Positions 1-12,139 of a stretch of 27,686 nt of DNA are shown piece by piece. The notes beneath the pieces are model-generated. The model saw only the letters and a program-made list of their open reading frames with translations, searched no databases and was not told where the DNA came from. Positions within the stretch are counted from its first letter, which is position 1. Each line of letters starts with the position of its first letter. This DNA is from Utricularia gibba (Eukaryota; Plantae; Magnoliophyta). The translations under genes were made by a program, and so were the position numbers. Location of the stretch: positions 1 through 27,686 of the forward strand of contig NEEC01000462.1 in NCBI GenBank assembly GCA_002189035.1. Reading direction: 5' to 3'.

Positions 1-1563
1 AATCCTAACTTCAATAACTGCATCACGATTTTCGTCGAGTAGGACCAGATTGGCAAAGGAGACAGACCGAACCTTGGGTCAGAACGAAGTTCACAACGAC
101 ATCACCCGCCCAAAAACGACAAGCTTTTCCTTGAGAAAACCATTGAGGCAGCCTATTAAAACCAACCGTTAATAAATGCATCAAGTTTTTTGCCGAGCTA
201 CAAATGACTATGGGCCCGAGCTCGACTCGACCTCCTACTCGATACCGTTGCCCCACGAGAGCACCTTATCAAATATAAAGCATGCGGTTGAGAAAACCAT
301 TTTGGGTGCTCATGAATCCTAACTTCAATAACTGCATCACGATTTTCGTCGAGTAGGACCCGATGTGGCAAAGGAGTCAGACCGAACCTTGGTCAGAACG
401 AAGTTCCAAAAACATCACCCGCCCAGAAACGACAAGCTTTTCCTTGAGAAACCATGTAGGCAGCCTATTAAAACCAACGTTAATAAATGCATCACTTTTT
501 TTGCAGGCTAAAAATGACTCTGGGAGCGAGCCCGACTCGACCTTTTGCTCGATACCGTGCCCCACTAGAGCGCCTCCTCAAATATAAAGCATGCGATTGA
601 GAAAACATTTTGGGTGCTCATGAAATCCTAACTTCAATAACTGCATCACGATTTTCGTCGAGTAGGACCAGATTTGGCAAAGGAGACAGACCGAACCTTG
701 GGTCAGAACGAAGTTCACAACGACATCACCCGCCCAAAACGACAAGCTTTTCCTTGAGAAAACCATTGAGGCAGCCTATTAAAACCAACGTTAATAAATG
801 CATCAAGTTTTTTGCCGAGCTACAAATGACTATGGGCCCGAGCTCGACTCGACCTCCTACTCGATACCGTTGCCCCACGAGCACCTTATCAAATATAAAG
901 CATGCGGTTGAGAAAACCATTTTGGGTGCTCATGAAATCCTAACTTCAATAACTGCATCACGATTTTCGTCGAGTAGGACCCGATGTGGCAAAGGAGTCA
1001 GACCGAACCTATGGTCAGAACGAAGTTCCAAAAGACATCACCCCCCAGAAACGACAAGCTTTTCCTTGAGAAACCATGTAGGCAGCCTATTAAAACCCAA
1101 CGTTAATAAATGCATCACTTTTTTTGACAGGCTAAAAAATGACTCTGGGAGCGAGCCCGACTCGACCTTTTGCCGATACCGTGCCCCACTAGAGCGCCTC
1201 CTCAACTACAAAGCATGCGATTGACAAAAGCATTTTGGGTGCTCATGAAATCCTAACTTCAATAACTGCATCACGATTTTCGTCGAGTAGGACCAGATTT
1301 GGCAAAGGAGACAGACCGAACCTTGGGTCAGAACGAAGTTCACAACGACATCACCCGCCCAAAAACGACAAGCTTTTCCTTGAGAAAACCATTGAGGCAG
1401 CCTATTAAAACCAACCGTTAATAAATGCATCAAGTTTTTTGCCGAGCTACAAATGACTATGGGCCCGAGCTCGACTCGACCTCCTACTCGATACCGTTGC
1501 CCACGAGAGCACCTTATCAAATATAAAGCATGCGGTTGAGAAAACCATTTTGGGTGCTCATGA
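1..1563. repeat. A-D alternating dimer block (copies 1-5: A,D,A,D,A), period ~620-625 bp
   Basis: Copies 1,3,5 carry A alleles (GGACCAGAT, GGAGACAG, CCATTGAGG, CCTACT, GAGCACC); copies 2,4 carry D alleles (CCAAAA(G)AC, CATCACTTT, CAGGCTAAAA, GGGAGCGAGCCCG, CCTTTTG, CACTAG, GCGATTG). Confidence 0.85.
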
Positions 1564-4500
1564 AATCCTAACTTCAATAACTGCATCACGATTTTCGTCG
1601 AGTAGGACCCGATGTGGCAAAGGAGTCAGACCGAACCTTGGTCAGAACGAAGTTCCAAAAGACATCACCCGCCCAGAAACGACAAGCTTTTCCTTGAGAA
1701 ACCATGTAGGCAGCCTATTAAAACCAACGTTAATAAATGCATCAAGTTTTTGCCGAGCTACAAATGACTATGGGCCCGAGCTCGACTCGACCTCCTGCTC
1801 GATACCGTTGCCCCACGAGAGCGCCTCCTCAAATATAAAGCATGCGGTTGAGAAAACCATTTTGGGTGCTCATGACATCCTAACTTCAATAACTGCATCA
1901 CGATTTTCGTCGAGTAGGACCCGATGTGGCAAAGGAGTCAGACCGAACCTTGGTCAGAACGAAGTTCCAACGACATCACCCGCCCAGAAACGACAAGCTT
2001 TTCCTTGAGAAACTATGTAGGCAGCCTATAAAACCAACGTTAATAAATGCATCAATTTTTTTTGCCGGGCTACAAATGACTCTGGGCCCGAGCTCGACTC
2101 GACCTCCTGCTCGATACCGTTGCCCCACGAGAGCGCCTTATCAAATATAAAGCATGCGGTTGAGAAAACCATTTTGGGTGCTCATGAAATCCTAACTTCA
2201 ATAACTGCATCACGATTTTCGTCGAGTAGGACCAGATGTGGCAAAGGAGACAGACCGAACCTTGGGTCAGAACGAAGTTCACAACGACATCACCCGCCAA
2301 AAACGACAAGCTTTTCCTTGAGAAAACATGTAGGCAGCTATTAAAACCCAACGTTAATAAATGCATCAAGTTTTTTGCCGAGCTACAAATGACTATGGGC
2401 CGAGCTCGACTCGACCTCCTGCTCGATACCGTTGCCCCACGAGAGCGCCTTATCAAATATAAAGCATGCGGTTGAGAAAACCATTTTGGGTGCTCATGAA
2501 TCCTAACTTCAATAACTGCATCACGATTTTCGTCGAGTAGGACCCGATGTGGCAAAGGAGTCAGACCGAACCTTGGTCAGAACGAAGTTCCCAACGACAT
2601 CACCCGCCAGAAACGACAAGCTTTTCCTTGAGAAACTATGTAGGCAGCCTAATTAAAACCCAACGTTAATAAATGCATCAATTTTTTTGCCGGGCTACAA
2701 ATGACTCCCCGAGCTCGACTCGACCTCCTGCTCGATACCGTTGCCCCACGAGAGCGCCTTATCAAATATAAAGCATGCGGTTGAGAAAACCATTTTGGGT
2801 GCTCATGAATCCTAACTTCAATAACTGCATCACGATTTTCGTCGAGTAGGACCAGATTGGCAAAGGAGACAGACCGAACCTTGGTCAGAACGAAGTTCAC
2901 AACGACATCACCCGCCCAAAAACGACAAGCTTTTCTTGAGAAACCATTGAGGCAGCCTATTAAAACCAACGTTAATAAATGCATCAAGTTTTTTGCCGAG
3001 CTACAAATGACTATGGGCCCGAGCTCGACTCGACCTCCTACTCGATACCGTTGCCCCACGAGAGCACCTTATCAAATATAAAGCATGCGGTTGAGAAAAC
3101 CATTTTGGGTGCTCATGAAATCCTAACTTCAATAACTGCATCACGATTTTCGTCGAGTAGGACCCGATGTGGCAAAGGAGTCAGACCGAACCTTGGTCAG
3201 AACGAAGTTCCAAAAGACATCACCCGCCCAAAACGACAAGCTTTTCCTTGAGAAACATGTAGGCAGCCTATAAAACCAACGTTAATAAATGCATCAATTT
3301 TTTTTTGCCGGCTACAAATGACTCTGGGCCCGAGCTCGACTCGACCTCCTGCTCGATAGTTGCCCACGAGAGTGCCTTATCAAATATAAAGCATGCGGTT
3401 GAGAAAACCATTTTGGGTGCTCATGAAATCCTAACTTCAATAACTGCATCACGATTTTCGTCGAGTAGGACCGATTTGGCAAAGGAGACAGACCGAACCT
3501 TGGTCAGAACGAAGTTTCACAACGACATCACCCGCCCAAAAACGACAAGCTTTTCCTTGAGAAAACAATGTAGGCAGCTATTAAAACCCAACGTTAATAA
3601 TGCATCAAGTTTTTTGCCGAGCTACAAATGACTATGGGCCCGAGCTCGACTCGACCTCCTGCTCGATACCGTTGCCCCACGAGAGCGCCTCCTCAAATAT
3701 AAAGCATGCGGTTGAGAAAACCATTTTGGGTGCTCATGAAATCCTAACTTCAATAACTGCATCACGATTTTCGTCGAGTAGGACCGATGTGGCAAAGGAG
3801 TCAGACCGAACCTTGGGTCAGAACGAAGTTCCAACGACATCACCCGCCAAAAACGACAAGCTTTTCCTTGAGAAAACATGTAGGCAGCCTATTAAAACCA
3901 ACGTTAATAAATGCATCAATTTTTTTTGCCGAGCTACAAATGACTCTGGGCCGAGCTCGACTCGACCTCCTACTCGATACCGTTGCCCCACGAGAGCGCC
4001 TTATCAAATATAAAGCATGCGGTTGAGAAAACCATTTTGGGTGCTCATGAATCCTAACTTCAATAACTGCATCACGATTTTCGTCGAGTAGGACCCGATG
4101 TGGCAAAGGAGTCAGACCGAACCTTGGTCAGAACGAAGTTCCAAAAGACATCACCCGCCCAGAAACGACAAGCTTTTCCTTGAGAAAACTATGTAGGCAG
4201 CCTAATAAAACCAACGTTAATAAATGCATCAATTTTTTTGCCGAGCTACAAATGACTCTCCCGAGCTCGACTCGACCTCCTGCTCGATACCGTTGCCCCA
4301 CGAGAGCGCCTTATCAAATATAAAGCATGCGGTTGAGAAAACCATTTTGGGTGCTCATGAAAACTTCAATAACTGCATCACGATTTTCGTCGAGTAGGAC
4401 CGATTGGCAAAGGAGTCAGACCGAACCTTGGGTCAGAACGAAGTTCACAACGACATCACCCGCCCAAAAACGACAAGCTTTTCCTTGAGAAAACCATTAG

Positions 4501-6535
4501 GCAGCCTATTAAAACCAACGTTAATAAATGCATCAAGTTTTTTTGCCGAGCTACAAATGACTATGGGCCCGAGCTCGACTCGACCTCCTACTCGATACCG
4601 TTGCCCCACGAGAGCACCTTATCAAATATAAAGCATGCGGTTGAGAAAACCATTTTGGGTGCTCATGAAATCCTAACTTCAATAACTGCATCACGATTTT
4701 CGTCGAGTAGGACCGATTTGGCAAAGGAGACAGACCGAACCTTGGTCAGAACGAAGTTCACAACGACATCACCCGCCCAAAAACGACAAGCTTTTCCTTG
4801 AGAAAACAATGTAGGCCTATTAAAACCAACGTTAATAATGCATCAAGTTTTTGCCGAGCTACAAATGACTATGGGCCCGAGCTCGACTCGACCTCCTGCT
4901 CGATACCGTTGCCCCACGAGAGCGCCTTATCAAATATAAAGCATGCGGTTGAGAAAACCATTTTGGGTGCTCATGAATCCTAACTTCAATAACTGCATCA
5001 CGATTTTCGTCGAGTAGGACCCGATGTGGCAAAGGAGTCAGACCGAACCTTGGGTCAGAACGAAGTTCACAACGACATCACCCGCCAAAACGACAAGCTT
5101 TTCCTTGAGAAAACATGTAGGCAGCCTATTAAAACCAACGTTAATAAATGCATCAATTTTTTTTGCCGAGCTACAAATGACTCTGGGCCCGAGCTCGACT
5201 CGACCTCCTGCTCGACCGTTGCCCCACGAGAGCGCCTTATCAAATATAAAGCATGCGGTTGAGAAAACCATTTTGGGTGCTCATGAATCCTAACTTCAAT
5301 AACTGCATCACGATTTTCGTCGAGTAGGACCCGATGTGGCAAAGGAGTCAGACCGAACCTATGGTCAGAACGAAGTTCAAAAGACATCACCCGCCCAGAA
5401 ACGACAAGCTTTTCCTTGAGAAAACCATGTAGGCAGCCTATTAAAACCCAACGTTAATAAATGCATCAATTTTTTTGCAGGCTACAAATGACTCTGGGAG
5501 CGAGCCCGACTCGACCTTTTGCCCGATACCGTGCCCCACTAGAGCGCCTCCTCAACTACAAAGCATGCGATTGAGAAAAGCATTTTGGGTGCTCATGAAA
5601 TCCTAACTTCAATAACTGCATCACGATTTTCGTCGAGTAGGACCAGATTTGGCAAAGGAGACAGACCGAACCTTGGGTCAGAACGAAGTTCACAACGACA
5701 TCACCCGCCCAAAAACGACAAGCTTTTCCTTGAGAAACCATTGAGGCAGCCTATTAAAACCAACGTTAATAAATGCATCAAGTTTTTTGCCGAGCTACAA
5801 ATGACTATGGGCCCGAGCTCGACTCGACCTCCTACTCGATACCGTTGCCCCACGAGAGCACCTTATCAAATATAAAGCATGCGGTTGAGAAAACCATTTT
5901 GGGTGCTCATGAAATCCTAACTTCAATAACTGCATCACGATTTTCGTCGAGTAGGACCCGATGTGGCAAAGGAGTCAGACCGAACCTTGGGTCAGAACGA
6001 AGTTCACAACGACATCACCCGCCCAAAAACGACAAGCTTTTCCTTGAGAAAACCATTAGGCAGCCTATTAAACCAAACGTTAATAAATGCATCAAGTTTT
6101 TTGCCGAGCTACAAATGACTATGGGCCCGAGCTCGACTCGACCTCCTACTCGATACCGTTGCCCCACGAGAGCCCTTATCAAATATAAAGCATGCGGTTG
6201 AGAAAACCATTTTGGGTGCTCATGAATCCTAACTTCAATAACTGCATCACGATTTTCGTCGAGTAGGACCCGATGTGGCAAAGGAGTCAGACCGAACCTT
6301 GGTCAGAACGAAGTTCCAAAAGACATCACCCGCCCAGAAAACGACAAGCTTTTCCTTGAGAAACTATGTAGGCAGCCTATAAAACCAACGTTAATAAATG
6401 CATCAATTTTTTTGCCGGGCTACAAATGACTCTGGGCCGAGCTCGACTCGACCTCCTGCTCGATACCGTTGCCCCACGAGAGTGCCTTATCAAATATAAA
6501 GCATGCGGTTGAGAAAACCATTTTGGGTGCTCATG

Positions 6536-7781
6536 AATCCTAACTTCAATAACTGCATCACGATTTTCGTCGAGTAGGACCAGATTGGCAAAGGAGACAG
6601 ACCGAACCTTGGGTCAGAACGAAGTTCACAACGACATCACCCGCCAAAACGACAAGCTTTTCCTTGAGAAAACCATTGAGGCAGCCTATTAAAACCAACG
6701 TTAATAAATGCATCAAGTTTTTTGCCGAGCTACAAATGACTATGGGCCGAGCTCGACTCGACCTCCTACTCGATACCGTTGCCCCACGAGAGCACCTTAT
6801 CAAATATAAAGCATGCGGTTGAGAAAAACCATTTTGGGTGCTCATGAAATCCTAACTTCAATAACTGCATCACGATTTTCGTCGAGTAGGACCAGATGTG
6901 GCAAAGGAGACAGACCGAACCTTGGGTCAGAACGAAGTTCACAACGACATCACCCGCCCAAAAACGACAAGCTTTTCCTTGAGAAACAATGTAGGGCTAT
7001 TAAAACCCAACGTTAATAAATGCATCAAGTTTTTTGCCGAGCTACAAATGACTATGGGCCCGAGCTCGACTCGACCTCCTGCTCGATACCGTTGCCCCGA
7101 GAGCGCCTCCTCAAATATAAAGCATGCGGTTGAGAAAACCATTTTGGGTGCTCATGAATCCTAACTTCAATAACTGCATCACGATTTTCGTCGAGTAGGA
7201 CCCGATGTGGCAAAGGAGTCAGACAGAACCTTGGGTCAGAACGAAGTTCCCAACGACATCACCCGCCAGAAAACGACAAGCTTTTCCTTGAGAAACTATG
7301 TAGGCAGCCTAATAAAGCCGAACGTTAATAAATGCATCAATTTTTTTTGCCGGGCTACAAATGACTCTGGGCCCGAGCTCGACTCGACCTCCTGCTCGAT
7401 ACCGTTGCCCCACGAGAGTGCCTTATCAAATATAAAGCATGCGGTTGAGAAAACCATTTTGGGTGCTCATGATATCCTAACTTCAATAACTGCATCACGA
7501 TTTTCGTCGAGTAGGACCCGATGTGGCAAAGGAGTCAGACCGAACCTATGGTCAGAACGAAGTTCCAAAAGACATCACCCGCCCAGAAACGACAAGCTTT
7601 TCCTTGAGAAACCATGTAGGCAGCCTATTAAAACCAACGTTAATAAATGCATCAATTTTTTTGACAGGCTAAAAATGACTCTGGGAGCGAGCGACTCGAC
7701 CTTTTGCCCGATACCGTTGCCCCACTAGAGCGCCTCCTCAACTACAAAGCATGCGATTGAAAAACATTTTGGGTGCTCATG
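6536..7781. repeat. Higher-order repeat unit A-B-C-D (copies 22-25, ~1.25 kb)
   Basis: Copy 22 A (CCATTGAGG, CCTACT, GCACC); copy 23 B (ACAATGTAGG, CCTGCT, GCGCCTCCTC); copy 24 C (CCCAACGAC, CTATGTAGG, GCCGGG, GAGTGCC); copy 25 D (CCTATGG, GGGAGCGAG, CACTAG, CAACTAC, GCGATTG). Confidence 0.8.
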
Positions 7782-8715
7782 AATCCTAACTTCAATAACT
7801 GCATCACGATTTTCGTCGAGTAGGACCAGATTTGGCAAAGGAGACAGACCGAACCTTGGGTCAGAACGAAGTTCACAACGACATCACCCGCCCAAAAACG
7901 ACAAGCTTTTCCTTGAGAAAACCATTGAGGCAGCCTATTAAAACCAACGTTAATAAATGCATCAAGTTTTTTGCCGAGCTACAAATGACTATGGGCCCGA
8001 GCTCGACTCGACCTCCTACTCGATACCGTTGCCCACGAGAGCACCTTATCAAATATAAAGCATGCGGTTGAGAAAACCATTTTGGGTGCTCATGAAATCC
8101 TAACTTCAATAACTGCATCACGATTTTCGTCGAGTAGGACCCGATGTGGCAAAGGAGTCAGACCGAACCTTGGGTCAGAACGAAGTTCCAAAAACATCAC
8201 CCGCCAAAAACGACAAGCTTTTCCTTGAGAAAACCATTAGGCAGCCTATTAAAACCAACGTTAATAAATGCATCAAGTTTTTTGCCGGCTACAAATGACT
8301 CTGGGCCCGAGCTCGACTCGACCCTGCTCGATACCGTTGCCCCACGAGAGCCCTTATCAAATATAAAGCATGCGGTTGAGAAAACCATTTTGGGTGCTCA
8401 TGAAATCCTAACTTCAATAACTGCATCACGATTTTCGTCGAGTAGGACCCGATGTGGCAAAGGAGTCAGACCGAACCTATGGTCAGAACGAAGTTCCAAA
8501 AGACATCACCCCCCAGAAACGACAAGCTTTTCCTTGAGAAACCATGTAGGCAGCCTATTAAAACCCAACGTTAATAAATGCATCACTTTTTTTGACAGGC
8601 TAAAATGACTCTGGGAGCGAGCCCGACTCGACCTTTTGCCCGATACCGTGCCCCACTAGAGCGCCTCCTCAACTACAAAGCATGCGATTGACAAAAGCAT
8701 TTTGGGTGCTCATGA

Positions 8716-11700
8716 AATCCTAACTTCAATAACTGCATCACGATTTTCGTCGAGTAGGACCAGATTTGGCAAAGGAGACAGACCGAACCTTGGGTCAGAA
8801 CGAAGTTCACAAACATCACCCGCCCAAAAACGACAAGCTTTTCCTTGAGAAAACCATTGAGGCAGCCTATTAAAACCAAACGTTAATAAATGCATCAAGT
8901 TTTTTGCCGAGCTACAAATGACTATGGCCCGAGCTCGACTCGACCTCCTACTCGATACCGTTGCCCACGAGAGCACCTTATCAAATATAAAGCATGCGGT
9001 TGAGAAAACCATTTTGGGTGCTCATGAAATCCTAACTTCAATAACTGCATCACGATTTTCGTCGAGTAGGACCCGATTTGGCAAAGGAGTCAGACCGAAC
9101 CTTGGGTCAGAACGAAGTTCACAACGACATCACCCGCCCAAAAAACGACAAGCTTTTCCTTGAGAAAACAATGTAGGCTATTAAAACCAACGTTAATAAA
9201 TGCATCAAGTTTTTTGCCGAGCTACAAATGACTATGGGCCCGAGCTCGACTCGACCTCCTCTCGATACCGTTGCCCCACGAGAGCGCCTCCTCAAATATA
9301 AAGCATGCGGTTGAGAAAACCATTTTGGGTGCTCATGAATCCTAACTTCAATAACTGCATCACGATTTTCGTCGAGTAGGACCCGATGTGGCAAAGGAGT
9401 CAGACCGAACCTTGGGTCAGAACGAAGTTCCCAACGACATCACCCGCCAGAAACGACAAGCTTTTCCTTGAGAAACTATGTAGGCAGCCTAAAAACCAAC
9501 GTTAATAAATGCATCAATTTTTTGCGGGCTACAAATGACTCTGGGCCCGAGCTCGACTCGACCTCCTACTGATACCGTTGCCCCACGAGAGTGCCTTATC
9601 AAATATAAAGCATGCGGTTGAGAAAACCATTTTGGGTGCTCATGAATCCTAACTTCAATAACTGCATCACGATTTTCGTCGAGTAGGACCCGATGTGGCA
9701 AAGGAGTCAGACCGAACCTATGGTCAGAACGAAGTTCCAAAAGACATCACCCGCCCAGAAACGACAAGCTTTTCCTTGAGAAACCATGTAGGCAGCCTAT
9801 TAAAACCAACGTTAATAAATGCATCAATTTTTTTGCGGCTAAAAATGACTCTGGGAGCGAGCCGACTCGACCTTTTGCCCGATACCGTGCCCCACTAGAG
9901 CGCCTCCTCAACTATAAAGCATGCGATTGAGAAAACATTTTGGGTGCTCATGAAATCCTAACTTCAATAACTGCATCACGATTTTCGTCGAGTAGGACCA
10001 GATTTGGCAAAGGAGACAGACCGAACCTTGGGTCAGAACGAAGTTCACAACGACATCACCCGCCCAAAAACGACAAGCTTTTCCTTGAGAAAACCATTTA
10101 GGCAGCCTATTAAAACCAACCGTTAATAAATGCATCAAGTTTTTTGCCGAGCTACAAATGACTATGGGCCCGAGCTCGACTCGACCTCCTACTCGATACC
10201 GTTGCCCCACGAGAGCACCTTATCAAATATAAAGCATGCGGTTGAGAAAACCATTTTGGGTGCTCATGAATCCTAACTTCAATAACTGCATCACGATTTT
10301 CGTCGAGTAGGACCCGATGTGGCAAAGGAGTCAGACCGAACCTTGGGTCAGAACGAAGTTCACAACGACATCACCCGCCCAAAAACGACAAGCTTTTCCT
10401 TGAGAAAACATGTAGGCGCCTATTAAAACCCAACGTTAATAAATGCATCAAGTTTTTTTGCCGAGCTAAAAATGACTATGGGCCCGAGCTCGACTCGACC
10501 TCCTGCTCGATACCGTTGCCCACGAGAGCACCTTATCAAATATAAAGCATGCGGTTGAGAAAACCATTTTGGGTGCTCATGAATCTAACTTCAATAACTG
10601 CATCACGATTTTCGTCGAGTAGGACCCGATGTGGCAAAGGAGTCAGACCGAACCTTGGGTCAGAACGAAGTTCCCAACGACATCACCCGCCCAGAAACGA
10701 CAAGCTTTTCCTTGAGAAACTATGTAGGCAGCCTAATAAAGCCAACGTTAAATAAATGCATCAATTTTTTTGCCGGGCTACAAATGACTCTGGGCCCGAG
10801 CTCGACTCGACCTCCTGCTCGATACCGTTGCCCCACGAGAGCGCCTTATCAAATATAAAGCATGCGGTTGAGAAAACCATTTTGGGTGCTCATGAATCCT
10901 AACTTCAATAACTGCATCACGATTTTCGTCGAGTAGGACCCGATGTGGCAAAGGAGTCAGACCGAACCTTGGTCAGAACGAAGTTCAAAAGACATCACCC
11001 GCCCAGAAACGACAAGCTTTTCCTTGAGAAACCATGTAGGCAGCCTATTAAAACCAACGTTAATAAATGCATCAATTTTTTTTGCGGCTACAAATGACTC
11101 TGGGAGCGAGCTCGACTCGACCTCCTGCTCGATACCGTGCCCACGAGAGCGCCTCCTCAAATATAAAGCATGCGGTTGAGAAAAACATTTTGGGTGCTCA
11201 TGAAATCCTAACTTCAATAACTGCATCACGATTTTCGTCGAGTAGGACCAGATTGGCAAAGGAGACAGACCGAACCTTGGGTCAGAACGAAGTTCACAAC
11301 GACATCACCCGCCCAAAAAACGACAAGCTTTTCCTTGAGAAAACCATTTAGGCAGCCTATTAAAACCAACGTTAATAAATGCATCAAGTTTTTTGCCGAG
11401 CTACAAATGACTATGGGCCCGAGCTCGACTCGACCTCCTACTCGATACCGTTGCCCCACGAGAGCACCTTATCAAATATAAAGCATGCGGTTGAGAAAAC
11501 CATTTTGGGTGCTCATGAAATCCTAACTTCAATAACTGCATCACGATTTTCGTCGAGTAGGACCCGATGTGGCAAAGGAGTCAGACCGAACTTGGTCAGA
11601 ACGAAGTTCACAACGAAATCACCCGCCCAAAAACGACAAGCTTTTCCTTGAGAAAACAATGTAGGCAGCTATTAAAACCCAACGTTAATAAATGCATCAA

Positions 11701-12139
11701 GTTTTTTTGCCGAGCTACAAATGACTATGGGCCCGAGCTCGACTCGACCTCCTGCTCGATACCGTTGCCCCACGAGAGCGCCTCCTCAAATATAAAGCAT
11801 GCGGTTGAGAAAACCATTTTGGGTGCTCATGAATCCTAACTTCAATAACTGCATCACGATTTTCGTCGAGTAGGACCCGATGTGGCAAGGAGTCAGACCG
11901 AACCTTGGTCAGAACGAAGTTCCAAACGACATCACCCGCCAGAAACGACAAGCTTTTCTTGAGAAACTATGTAGGCAGCCTAATAACCGAACGTTAATAA
12001 ATGCATCAATTTTTTGCCGGGCTACAAATGACTCTGGGCCGAGCTCGACTCGACCTCCTGCTCGATACCGTTGCCCCACGAGAGTGCCCTTATCAAATAT
12101 AAAGCATGCGGTTGAGAAAACCATTTTGGGTGCTCATGA
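8716..12139. repeat. Tandem A-B-C-D 4-mer HOR (copies 29-32, 33-36, then A-B-C 37-39)
   Basis: A-type copies start at 8716, 9954 and 11204 (spacing 1238 and 1250 bp); D-type copies start at 9645 and 10895; intervening copies carry B then C alleles in the same order. Confidence 0.8.

Noticed and set aside
4355-4370. ~5-bp loss at the start of copy 15 (CATGAAAACTTC), and an AG insertion at ~22970 in copy 75
   Set aside because: Single occurrences in a noisy sequence; cannot be told from read error and carry no evident structure.
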